DNA of 64,000 bases. It comes from Epiperipatus broadwayi (Eukaryota; Animalia; Onychophora). The stretch's first letter is position 1. Each line of letters opens with the position of its first letter. Made by a program: the position numbers and the translations under genes. The notes below the pieces were generated by a model. The model was not told where the DNA came from and did no database searches. It saw only the letters and a list, made by a program, of their open reading frames with translations. Shown one piece after another: positions 1 to 11,304 of this stretch. The stretch spans positions 24,180,001 through 24,244,000 of the forward strand of contig JAQFVV010000003.1 in the NCBI GenBank assembly GCA_028023455.1, written 5' to 3'.

Positions 1-32
1 TACTTTCAATATTTTTACAAACATTTAAATTA

Positions 33-412
33 TTTTTATATACACAGGGAATGAATTTGACTAATGCATTCTCATTGATTATAAGAAGTTCAAACAATGC
101 TAAGATCTAATTTACAGTTAAAACTTTTAAGAATGTTAAAAGGATTTGGAAGATAAAAATATATTGATAATGTATTACCTATATTTAAACTAATCACAGT
201 CTGATTAGAATGAGCAATTCAAATTCATTATTTTTTGTATGGATTTTTTTTACCAACAGTTGAATTGTTTTTATATATGCAAAGAATAAATTTGACTAAT
301 TCATTCTCATTGATTATAAGAAGTGCAAACAATGCTAAGATCTAATTTACAAGTAAAACTTTTAAGAATGTTACAAGGATTTTGAAGATAAAAATATATT
401 GATAATATATTC
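33..412 (+). repeat. Diverged direct duplication (about 145 bp, period 235)
   Basis: aatttgactaat(g/t)cattctcattgattataagaagt...gaagataaaaatatattgataat starts at 54 and at 289. Confidence 0.9.
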
Positions 413-3199
413 TCTGATTTACAGATAAGAGAGTTTCAGATTTTTTTAGATGTGTGTAATACACACACATATATATATATTAGGCACCATTACATAAAAA
501 TTGTTGTGGCAAGTGAAATAAAAACATTATAAAAAAAGTAGTGTGCTTCCATTCCTAAAAAAGTCATTCTTTGTCACTGATGTATATATGTAGGTGTGTG
601 TCTATATTGTATATGCGCTGTGACTAAAAAATTTAATGTTTTTTATAATTTCTATTTTTTGTTGGTGAATATTTTTTTCTCTTTCTTAGATAACTAAAAC
701 TTCATATATGGAAATTGCAGATATTAGGGAGAGAGTCTGCTGAAATTGATTTTTTTTTTGTGTGATACTGTCAAAGTTGAAGAGAGACTTTTTTCTTTAA
801 AATTTGCAATCTATATGTTTTAAGACATTATACTTTTGTTAAGTATATCTTTGCATATAGTCAGTTTTTCAGCACATTTGAACACTTATACAGCAGGTTG
901 AGCATGACAGCTTTATATAACTGACCAAACTCATATTTTTTTTTATTAAACAAGAATTTATCTTAAACTTTGAAATGATCATTATGCTAATTGCATGTAG
1001 CCACAAATAGTATGGTGCCTCAGATATTGTCAACCTCTGAACTTTAGTTAAAGAGAAAAAAATATATTTTAAAATCTGTATACATTGACTGCAGATGGTT
1101 CTGAAGTAAAGAGAACTGCTTCTCATTTTCTCAACATCATGTTGTCTGACTTGAAATGTTAAATAAATATAAGAGTGATTTTATAATATTGAAATTATTT
1201 TTTCTTTAGAAAATCAATAGAGTCTGTTATAGAGATTTTTAATTTGGGAAGTTGTAATGTCATTATAAGGTATAGGACATATGTGTGTAAATAGTTCGTT
1301 TTATGCAGTGCCTGTTCCCATTTTTAACATTTAAAGGAATGGAAATTTCTTTCTGGGATAATAATGCTTCACAAAAGAATTTGTAAAATATGAATGTATG
1401 TTACATTCATTGTTGAAATTTTAATATTATGATTGAGAAATTTTTAGTAAAAGAAACATATTAAGATTGGGAATTCTTGCTCTGTAAAGTTGTAAACTGC
1501 ATTTTTTTGTTCAATAAATTTTAAGATTTAATTCTGAAAGTTGTTAACGATCAAAGCATACAAAATTGAGGGCAGTTTTTTAGTGATATAATTTATTTAC
1601 TTTACACCAGAGACATTTGTTGTTATCTTAATAATCAGGAAACATTAAAAAATAGTGCTATATCAAGATCATTGGAGTATTTTCATTGAAGAAGGCCAAT
1701 AGCTAAAAAGCAGCTGAGATATTTTGATACAACATTTACTGTTCTTTGATTAATCAAACTTATAACTGATGGTTTTGGAATGAAGTAAGTAAAATGAAAG
1801 TGGAGATATTGAGTTGAATTTAATAATAATATTTTCTTTCAAAATAAAATTAAAAAATATAATCAACATCATATAAAAACTTATTAGGATATAAAAGCAA
1901 TAAGTCTATAATATCAATCATTTTTTATAAGTCACCATCTACAATTACTATGAGAACTACTAATACTATAGTAATAAATGAAAATAAATACCTGCATGAT
2001 TTATTGTAGTGGTAGAATGGTGTAGTTTAGAGTTCAAGGTTCATGAATTGTTTCTCAGTCCTGATGCTTCTGGTACTTGAATTTCATATGATCTTACATC
2101 AATAAATCAAATAATTCATTGTTAGGAGATAGTAGATCAGTCAGTGATATTAAAATATTCTGCACTTGATGTGTTGTAAATGTTGGCTATTTATATTTTC
2201 TTTAAAATTTACATATTTTTTTTGCCCAAATCTTTCTAGATTCACTCTTTTTATGTAATCGTCTGAATTCTTGAATGTTGTTTTGTTTAATGTTGTAATT
2301 TGATAGTCATGCAAATGTGGATTTTCTGAAAATGGAACTACAGATTCATTGCTTTCAACTGAAAAAAAAGGCCAATTCATAGACCAGAAATCTAATATTC
2401 TTCCAATTGTACACATATAATATATACAATTAGAAAATTCTTTCATATGTGACCCAGAAATAGTTTTAATTTTCTTTTGAAGTTATTTATTTTTCCATAT
2501 ATTTAACATATAACTATTTTTTCTCAATAATTTAATATTAATTTAGTTTACAATTATAAAAAAGGTAATTTTTGCCATTGCAAAAAAAAAAAAAAAGATC
2601 ATTTATCTCCTAATTCTTGGAATTTTTATACTTTTTTTACTATCTTCTATACATATGATAAATTAAATCTCTGCATTGTTTTAAAAAAATGAACTCAAAA
2701 TCCATGGATTGTGGCTTCGATTTTATAAAAATTCTAAAGAAATAAATCATTCAATTGTTTATTAGCTACATCATTTTGATCTAGTGGTGGAATGGCAGAT
2801 ATGGGAGCTTGAGATTCATGAATCACAGCCACTTCTATCATTTCTGGTGCTCAAACATTATATGTATTCCTGAGAAATATACCATTTGATTATTATTATC
2901 ATTAGTGAATGTGGCCATTAAGTCACCCTCCAATTTCAGATGGCTGCTGATATTCTAATCTTACAAAAAAGACTAATATAAAGCAGTTTTTACTAGTGAT
3001 TAAAGAATGTCATGCTTCTGTGTGTGCTAAGTACATATTTTAGTTTTTATTTTGTTTCTCTGTGGTGATTTGCTAGAAGATAATCCCATTCAAATCAATC
3101 AACCCTTATAACATTTCTCAAGAGAAATAGCTAATCCCAAATAAGGATGGTGAATTTAAATTAAAAGTGCATGTAGCAATCTTTAGATTGATGTTGTCA

Positions 3200-3480
3200 A
3201 TGTAATTGGATAATTATACATCTGGTTAAATATTCATATTATCACTAATGATATAATAAGTTAACAATATGGCTTGATTCTCTCCATAAATAGAGGGTTA
3301 TTATGTTTATTAGACTTTTGTAAAACTTTCCCTTGCATCTCTGATAAAGTAATTCTAATTATATATGAATTGTATGTTAAACTTTTCTAGTTAGTCATAT
3401 GGTTGTTGCATTGAACATGATTTATTATGTAAGATCTAATATATTGTTGAATGTTTATTATCGTTGATAATTTATTAATA
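3200..3480 (+). mobile_element. Highly decayed CR1/L2-like RT remnant
   Basis: WLDSLHK followed by LLCLLDFCKTFPCISDKVIL (~3297-3357), resembling LLDFSKAFDxVxHxIL. Confidence 0.3.
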
Positions 3481-4054
3481 ATATATTAAAGTCAATAGTT
3501 GACTTTTTATATGTGTTTTTAGCTAATATACAACAATAGCTAGTAACAGTGTAATTTGACAGTGTTATTAAATCAATTACTTTTATCATAACAATTCAAT
3601 AACTATAAATATATTTTTTTCAAAAATATTTATAAGAATGGATTTCTTCTTTCTTTTTTTTTTTTTTTGGATTACTTATATTCCATGTGAATAAAATAGT
3701 AATCCATAAAATTGCATGGAAATAAGAACATAAACTAATTTACTAATAATAAAATTTCAACTGAACAACATTCTTTTTCAAGATTGTAAATATAGAAATA
3801 TAAGAAAGTATCACATTAGCAAACATTACACATATAGCAAAATTCTTTATATATAATATTTTAACATTATTATATTAATTATATACATTGATGTTTTCTA
3901 TATATGTTTATCTTTAAGTTGAATAATTTTTTTATATTTAATCATATTTAATTAAATTGAGACTAATTTGAAAAATAAAAAGTAATGTGATTAAGTATTA
4001 AAAAACTATATTGAAATTGGATATATATATATGCATTATAATGAATGTGTCAAT

Positions 4055-4360
4055 AGCTTTTAACAAGCTTTTCAGAACATCCTCATCCTTAGATTGGTTT
4101 TTAGTTCTGGCTTTCATCAGTGAGATGCTAAGATATTCAATCATTAGAGATTTAAAACAGCAGGTCAAGCCCAGCACTTTATCTAATGTTTAACTATTAA
4201 GTAGAAAATCTGAAATTTTCAGACATTCAGCTATCTAACTTAAATAACCATATGGGACTGAACTAAGTTCAGATACACCATATATTAATATCTTTAGCAA
4301 TATAAAATCACCAAAGCCTTATATAACATTTGTAATATAAGTTTATTAAAGACTTGATTT
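4055..4360. mobile_element. Older family B fold-back remnant with a degenerate HHR on the - strand (4086-4126)
   Basis: ttaacaagcttttcagaa..cc..agattggtttt...tttcatcagtgaga matches the 30.66-30.72 kb arm. The 3' part tatataacatttgtaatataagtttattaaa..gacttgatttc matches 30801-30862. Confidence 0.6.
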
Positions 4361-4642
4361 CCTTGCAATGTATATATGTATAAAACATCTTCATTATACA
4401 AATATTTGTGTAATTGTATTGTTTAAGATGTATAGAAAACAATTTTGTTATATGTAATAATCAATAAATTTTACTAGCATAATGTCAGATTGTAGATCTA
4501 TTTAGAAGGTAATAAACCTTCCTCACTAACACTGGACATACTTTCTAAATAGAATTTTATTATATGTAAATAGTTTGATAATGTGGTATATTTATATATT
4601 TATAGCTAAATAATACAAAAAGTCTGTCAGATAATGAAAAAC

Positions 4643-5275
4643 TATTCTTCACATATAAAGTGTGATAAACAGAGTAGCTAAAATTAAAAAACATTAATCA
4701 CAAAAACTATTTGCCAAGTGCTTTTAGTACTGTGTACCAGAATCATAATGACATATTGGAACTGAATGGTTAATATTCTAGGCATGCTCAGTGGAATACT
4801 AGTGTTACACTGATTGATAACATTTTTAGACTTCACAATAAACCAAGCCTCTTTCAAATTCCTCTTTCTGTCGTTTGATTCATTTCGCACAGTACTGATA
4901 TTTTGAAACGAAGGCTAATGTATTAACGTAATTGCAACAGCATGTTTATCAATATAAAAAAATCTAAAGTGATTCACAAATTAATTCTGTTTTTTCAAAT
5001 CATGAAAGTAGTTGTGGACATGAGTTTTATCCTCACAATATTGTACTAGGTGCAATGAATCAAACGATAGAAAGAGGAAGTTGAAAGAAACTTGGTTTAT
5101 TGCAAAGTCAAAAACATTATCAATCAGCATAACACTAGTGTTCCACTGAGTATGCACTGGAATATTAACCATTCAGTTCCAATATGTTACGATGATCTGT
5201 TGGCAAACAGTTTTTATGATTAATGTTTTTTGAATTTTAGCTGCTCTGTTTATCACACTTTATATGTGAAGAATA
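4643..5275. mobile_element. Penelope-like element 3' end (GIY-YIG C-terminus) with an inverted copy at its 5' side
   Basis: Arms ~4643-4900 and ~5030-5275 are reverse complements. The + strand from 4905 reads ETKANVLT*LQQHVYQYKKI*SDSQINSVFSNHESSCGHEFYPHNIV/CNESNDRKRKLKETWFIAKSK/IINQHNTSVPLSMHW. This fits the PLE GIY-YIG pattern GET...RLxEH...H...GHxF...ExxxxxRKxKExxxI...N. Confidence 0.75.
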
Positions 5276-7754
5276 TTTATAGCTCTGAAAAAGTTAGCTA
5301 TAGAGTCTAAACTATTAGTGTAATAATAAAAAAATTGTCTGGAAAGTGCTTTAATCATTTATAAATGTTTATCAATAGTTCATTAAGATGGAGTATTTTT
5401 TTCCTCTATAGTCAAACTGATATCAAAATTGCTTTATTTTGTGGATATAAATTAAATATTTTAATCCTCTTAAAAATTCATTTTCTATCAAATGTTTCAT
5501 TGTTAATGCTCACTCTGACAACTATTTTATACCTGTTTTGGAAAATTTTGTGAGGTGCAATGTGGCTTTTTAATAACCTATTTGTTTTGTCTTTTTCATA
5601 ATAGATTGGTAGCAATGGGAATACTTTTTAACTTCAAAGTGTTATTGAATGTTATATTTATAACAACAATACATTACTTTAAAAGATCATGTTCTACAAT
5701 TTTGTATTGTCTTGCATCATTTAGTGTGGTGATAGAGTGTTTATCTGTAAAGCTAAAGGTAAAAAGAAATTGTAGCTAGTTCTGTCATTTCCATTACTTA
5801 CACATCATATGATCTACCAAATGACAAAATATTTATTACTAAACTTTTTCAGCTCTCTTTCTTCCATCTTGAAACAAAATCATTACATATTCTATTTTTT
5901 CAGTTTTGAATTTAAACCTTCAGTATTGCATGAAGTGGATGGAATCATTGTCTTTGTTTAGCATGAGATCAATAATAAAATGGCTGAATAAGGTGACAAT
6001 GTGTGAGTCAAATTTTAACAATAAATGATGTTAGGCAAAATTGAGGTGAGAATAAAAAAATAATTTTCAAGTATTATTAATTGAACTGTCCTCTAGCTGT
6101 TATGTTCTGTAACTTTTTGTAGTACGAAACGACCATTTCTTATAGTATTCTTTTATCTTTTATAGATATTTAATTAGAACTGTAACATCCGGAAACGCTT
6201 ACCTTAAATCAGCTTAAATAGTTAATGTAGATTGATTTTGAAGATTAGAACTAAAATTCTGTACACAAATAGATAAATTTTAAAAATATATTAACAAATA
6301 ACATTTGACATTATATATATAAAATGAAAAAAATATGACAAAATAATTTACATGATTAAAATTTTAATATACTGTTTATATATTTGCTTGTGTCTTCGTT
6401 TGACATAAATTATTCTTATTTCATATTTCACTAGATTTTATTTTTTAAAATATACATATATCCAATCAATATTTCAAACTCCTTCATTTTATGCGTTAAT
6501 TTATTTATGATATTTAAGATTGATAATATTTACATAACGCACGTACACACACACAGAAAAAAAAACAATTTGGCATGCAAATGTACAAAAATCAATATGA
6601 ACTTGACAAAAAATAAACAAGACTGGATGCTGTGATTATAGTGGGAATACATTGCCTGATGGATATCTCATTAACTCTAGAGATAGTTATGTTGATCCTA
6701 CAAGTAGAACTTTTGACAGTAAAGTGAAATTGGTAGATTTGTTTTTATCTATAATGAATTATCAATTTTCTATAACATTCCTGTAGTTTAATTTTCATTA
6801 TACCACCCACTACAAGAATATTATTCGCTATCGAATAATCTCTAGTTTAATGAATGACTAATAAAAATTATTAATAACCAATGTGTGTATCACATACAAT
6901 TTATATTTTTATACGCTTAATTTTTGTTTTAAGTATATATATATGTATTCAAATATATGTTAAAAAAAGTTACCTATCTTCAAAATCAAATATATATGTA
7001 CAAACCTTTTTGTTTTACTGAATTTATCAGTCTAAGATGATTGATTGTAATGATGGATAAACAATATATGATTTTAAATTTATATGAAGCATATCTCATT
7101 TCTATTCAGCACTATTTGTGATTTGTTTCAGTGATAGTATATCAGACTCAAGAGGTAAAGGTTCTCAGAAGGAATTATTATAGGTGCTCCTGGTATTATA
7201 TAATTTTTAAATAATTGACAACATGATTAAATAATTATGATGATGAATTTTGTTATTAATACTTAGTAACTTGAAAATTCAAAGCATTTCCTTATAGTTA
7301 TTATATATAGATCTTATCCATTTACAAAGCCTGCTATCAGATATCTTTTACAAGAAAAGGGATTTATCAAACAACAACAACTTTACAATCAGTTTAAATC
7401 TCATGAAATATCAATTTCATTAATCGGGAACATATTTTCATGAAATGGAATTGAAAAATATAGTATATATATATTTCTGTTATTTTATGGAACTAACCAT
7501 GGATTATAAAATCCAAAACCTCAGTATATTTAAATTTATTATAAAACTTATATCTATTACAGAATCCTCCATAATTTAAGAACTGGAACATGATCTCCTA
7601 AATACATCCATCTAAACAATAACCAACTGTTCTTTTTTATGTGGTTAGTAAAAAATCTCAAAAGAATTTGAACACAGGAAATTCTTTTGTAGCATAATTT
7701 GGTTGCCATAGTTTTCGAAGTATACCATTATCTGTAAATTATAATTTTCCCATT

Positions 7755-8080
7755 GCAGTAATAGACTCAAGAATTAAAGGTTCCTGGAATGAAGCTCAGT
7801 CTGTTATTTCTGATTCTCATGTGTCATGTGATCTCCTGATTGACTAATAATGTGATTATTATTATTTTTTGCTCTTAGAAGTTTAACATTGTAATAAAAT
7901 GATGGTATTGAGAACTCAGGATTTCTGGATTGAAGTTCATTCTATTGTTTCTGGTTCTTATATATTATATAATCTCATAAGTTACTAATATTTTATTATT
8001 ATTTAGCTATGCTATTTAGTAGAATGATGGATTTAAACTCCAGTGCTCTTGGCTCAAAACTCAAACTTTCATATCTGCTG
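7755..8080 (+). repeat. Cluster of an old ~110 bp interspersed repeat (related copies at ~2005, ~2780, ~7130)
   Basis: Shared pattern (tagtggtag)aatgg...(a/g)aggttc(c/a)tg(g/a)a...tttctgg..ct....t.atatga. Copies at 7755 and 7890 are spaced ~135 bp apart. Confidence 0.35.
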
Positions 8081-9441
8081 TTTGGATTGACATGAACTTC
8101 CAATTTTCTTTTATTGTTAGTTTAATTCATACAGTAAATTTCGTTAACTACAATATTTTTTTTTTCTATAAATTATTAAAATAATTCATTACTAAACTTA
8201 AAAAGATTACTTGCAGAGCAGAAACTAATGATGGCAGTTTCGACTATTGTAAACTTGACACATTATTTGAAATTAATTAACAAAAAAAAATGCCCAGTTG
8301 CAGTTTTAAATTGTCGTCATATATCCATGCAAAAAACTATCCCGTTAACTTTACATATAAATGCCATTCTTAATAAGTTTATTGCTTTATCACATAACTG
8401 ATAAGGCTCATCCCTTCCCCCCAATTATTTAAATAATTAAATACATAATTTAATAAATATACACCCACTGATATTTAAAAAGGAGTTCTACAATTGACAT
8501 ACAATATGTATTAAAATTAAGTAGGTCAAAATAAGCAAATCGAGTTAAATATATTTTATTTTTTAAAAAAAAACACAAATGTAGGTAATTATTAATACGT
8601 TTTTTTTTTAAAACGATTTATTAAATTTTGATATGACATTTATTAATTATCACATTTATGCAATTTATAATACTAAGATAATTTATTATTATTAGAAAGT
8701 CATTAAAATGATAGGCATGCTTTGCAAAAAGAGTGGTGGCAGATCCAGGGGTAAACGCTCACGATTGCAGTTCAATTCTGTCGTTCCTAATGTTCAAATG
8801 TTTGATTTCATAAATGACAAATTATTCATATATTTTTGTTCTCTTTTCAATAGCAATAAACAAAAATGGTCAAAATTTCTCAAAGAGATAATTTCTTGAT
8901 AGTAAAGTAAAAGATAAACCAGTTAGTCTCTTTAGCACATAGAAAAGGTTTAGGAGAAGACAATATTTATTAATCTAATCATTTGTTGTTTTTTATCTAA
9001 AAATTATCCATATATCGAATTCAAAATTACATGTCTCATTAGACTGGATAGGGGTTAGTTATCAGAAAGAAAAATGCTAATTCTATTTGGAGCTTGAAAA
9101 AAAAAAAGTTTGATCCAGTCCATATTTGTTTGGATCCCAGGTCAGTTGCTAATGAATATGCCAACTACTTACACTGCAAGGTTCTTATTTATAACATAAG
9201 CTATACACTAAAAAAATATCATTCAGGATATAATTTTAGTAGCAGTAAAAATCATAATTCTAAAATAGATTAAGCAAAATTTAAAATAAAGAAAAATAGA
9301 ATAATCTTCCACTAACTGTGAATCAATGCTGATATTCAAGAAAACTATTAAAAATAAAATGTCCCATCTATGCTTAAAGTTTTTAATGCTAATAAAACTT
9401 GATTTTCTGATTGTTGAAATTTAATCAATGAAAGTCATATG

Positions 9442-9783
9442 TAAACCAGACAGACATCACATGATTACCATTCTTTATGCTTACACAAGGTGTTTTTCAC
9501 ATAGGCAAAACACTCCATATAATGGTGCCACCAGTGCAAGCCAGAGTAATCAATGGATGCAGGAAGATTTGTGCATAAAATCTCTATCTAGTGAGAACCT
9601 AAGATCTAGATGCAGTGCTCTCAGATCCAAGGCTTCTCACTGATGAAAGTCACAAGCTAGAAATTAGTCTGGGGATATTGGATGAGTAGGCACTAGATAG
9701 GGATTTTGTGCACAAACCTTCATGCATCCATTGATTATTCTGGCTTGCACTGGTGGCACTACTGTATGGAAAGTTTTGCCTCT
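9442..9783. mobile_element. PLE-derived fold-back insertion, family A, with HHR in the unpaired centre
   Basis: Inverted arms 9503-9593 and 9691-9781. The left arm extends a further ~60 bp of the family 3' end. Imperfect direct repeats flank it: tatgtaaaccagacaga (9438) and tatggtaaaccagataga (9783). Homologous to the 17.3 kb and 42 kb copies. Confidence 0.8.
9634..9675 (+). ncRNA. Minimal type I hammerhead ribozyme motif (family A)
   Basis: Helix I UUCUCA/UGGGGA (6 bp with 2 GU); core CUGAUGA at 9640-46; helix II AGU-cacaa-GCU with an A/A opposition at its base; GAAA at 9660-63; helix III AUUAGU; cleavage triplet GUC (C at 9669). Confidence 0.65.
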
Positions 9784-10778
9784 ATGGTAAACCAGATAGA
9801 TGATACTTCTATTCTTAATGATTTGCTAATATAATGAAGTTGGGTGTATGTATTTATTCCTGATAGCTGAAGATTAATTTATTTTCATTTCTATTACATT
9901 GCTATGATGTTATAATATAATTACAACCCCAAACTACTTTTTGATATATTATAGCTTAAATCACTAAGAATTTTGGATGCCATAAATCAAAAACTAATGT
10001 AAAAATGTATGTACATTTAATATCTATTGAGTACCCAGCTAACAATAGATGGAATCATTATAAACCTAGCCTAATAAATATTTTTTAAGTAAGTTTTTTG
10101 TGATAAATAAGACTGTTTTAATAATATTTGTTTCATTTATAAATTAAAATAAAATATGTAATCACATTGTTTATTGCTCGAATATTCATAAGAATGATGA
10201 TAGAGCTGGACATTATCCATCACCTATAAGCCCCAGGAAATCTAACATCCTTTTATCTTCACTTTTCTTTTATAGTTGCTTAAGTGTACTAATTATTTAC
10301 AAATTATTGGGGGGGGGGGTAATAATTTTTTTCAACATTATCAAAGGTGTCCAATATAATTATTCCAATGTATAATAAGATTACTTCAGATACATAAAAA
10401 AACAATTCAATTTTATTTAAATAATAATTTTCAGTTCATTATTAATGTTTGATAAAATAATAATAATTACAATTCAATTTATTTAATGAACAATTATAAT
10501 AATAATAGTAACAATGATGATGATGACTATGAAGATAAAAAGATAAATTTGTCCTTGCTTCCAAGAATTTGTATGCATGTATGTTATAGGATTCTCAACT
10601 GAGCTTGATTATCATGCATTTGAAACGGAAAAATGTGATGTAAGGTGCATGGAATCTATTACAAAGAGTAGTGGATGCCCATCTTATAAGGAATTGTATC
10701 ACTACGCAATTGGCATAGTGCCCATTGAAGTATTATGGTTTCTTCAACAAATAGTGGTGATTACATCATATGACAGTC

Positions 10779-10812
10779 ATATATATATACACACATACAT
10801 ACATACATACAT
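10779..10812 (+). repeat. (TA)n/(TACA)n microsatellite, possibly the tail of a retroelement at ~10560-10780
   Basis: atatatatatacacacatacatacatacatacat directly follows a relatively GC-rich, TE-like stretch. Confidence 0.6.
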
Positions 10813-10859
10813 AACATTTAACATAATAGCACTCATCTAACCAATCTAATTTAATCTAT

Positions 10860-11304
10860 ATAAGTCAACAATATTTTGCAGATGATATTGTTATTTTGCA
10901 AATAATGCTTCTGAGCTCTAAGAAATGATAAAAATGTATAACTGAAGATAAAAAGTTAAAAGACTAAAGTAATGTTTAATGGCTGTTCACAAAAGGAGAA
11001 AAGGAAGATTGGTAATAATGGATTAGAAGTTAATAATTATATTAATTTTCATCAAACAATCATTAAAAGTAGCCCTGAACCAGACAAGTTGCAGGAAAAC
11101 ATGACAATGGCTAGACAAGTAAAATCTTAAATTGTATCTCAAGAAATTGTAAAAGACCTAGAAAGAGGCAACATATAAAATGGTTAGGTGATGCAAGGAA
11201 ATTTTCTGAAATAACACAGAGAAACTATGAATTAGTAAACTATTAAACTTGAAGAGATTGTCGTCTTGTGATAGATCAATAATTTTGAAAATGATGATGA
11301 TGAT
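10860..11304 (+). mobile_element. 5'-truncated, internally deleted RTE copy (same family as 25770-28459)
   Basis: Shares tttgcagatgat..gttttgca..aatgcttc, aaaagactaaagtaatgtttaat and attgtaaaagacc(t/c)agaaagag with the 27.7-28.3 kb region. Ends in (GAT)n. Confidence 0.8.

Noticed and set aside
6610-6786. About 58-codon open frame (GCCDYSGNTLPDGYLINSRDSYVDPTSRTFDSK)
   Set aside because: No polypyrimidine acceptor, no similarity to peroxidasin LRR or LRRCT exons, and the length is compatible with chance.
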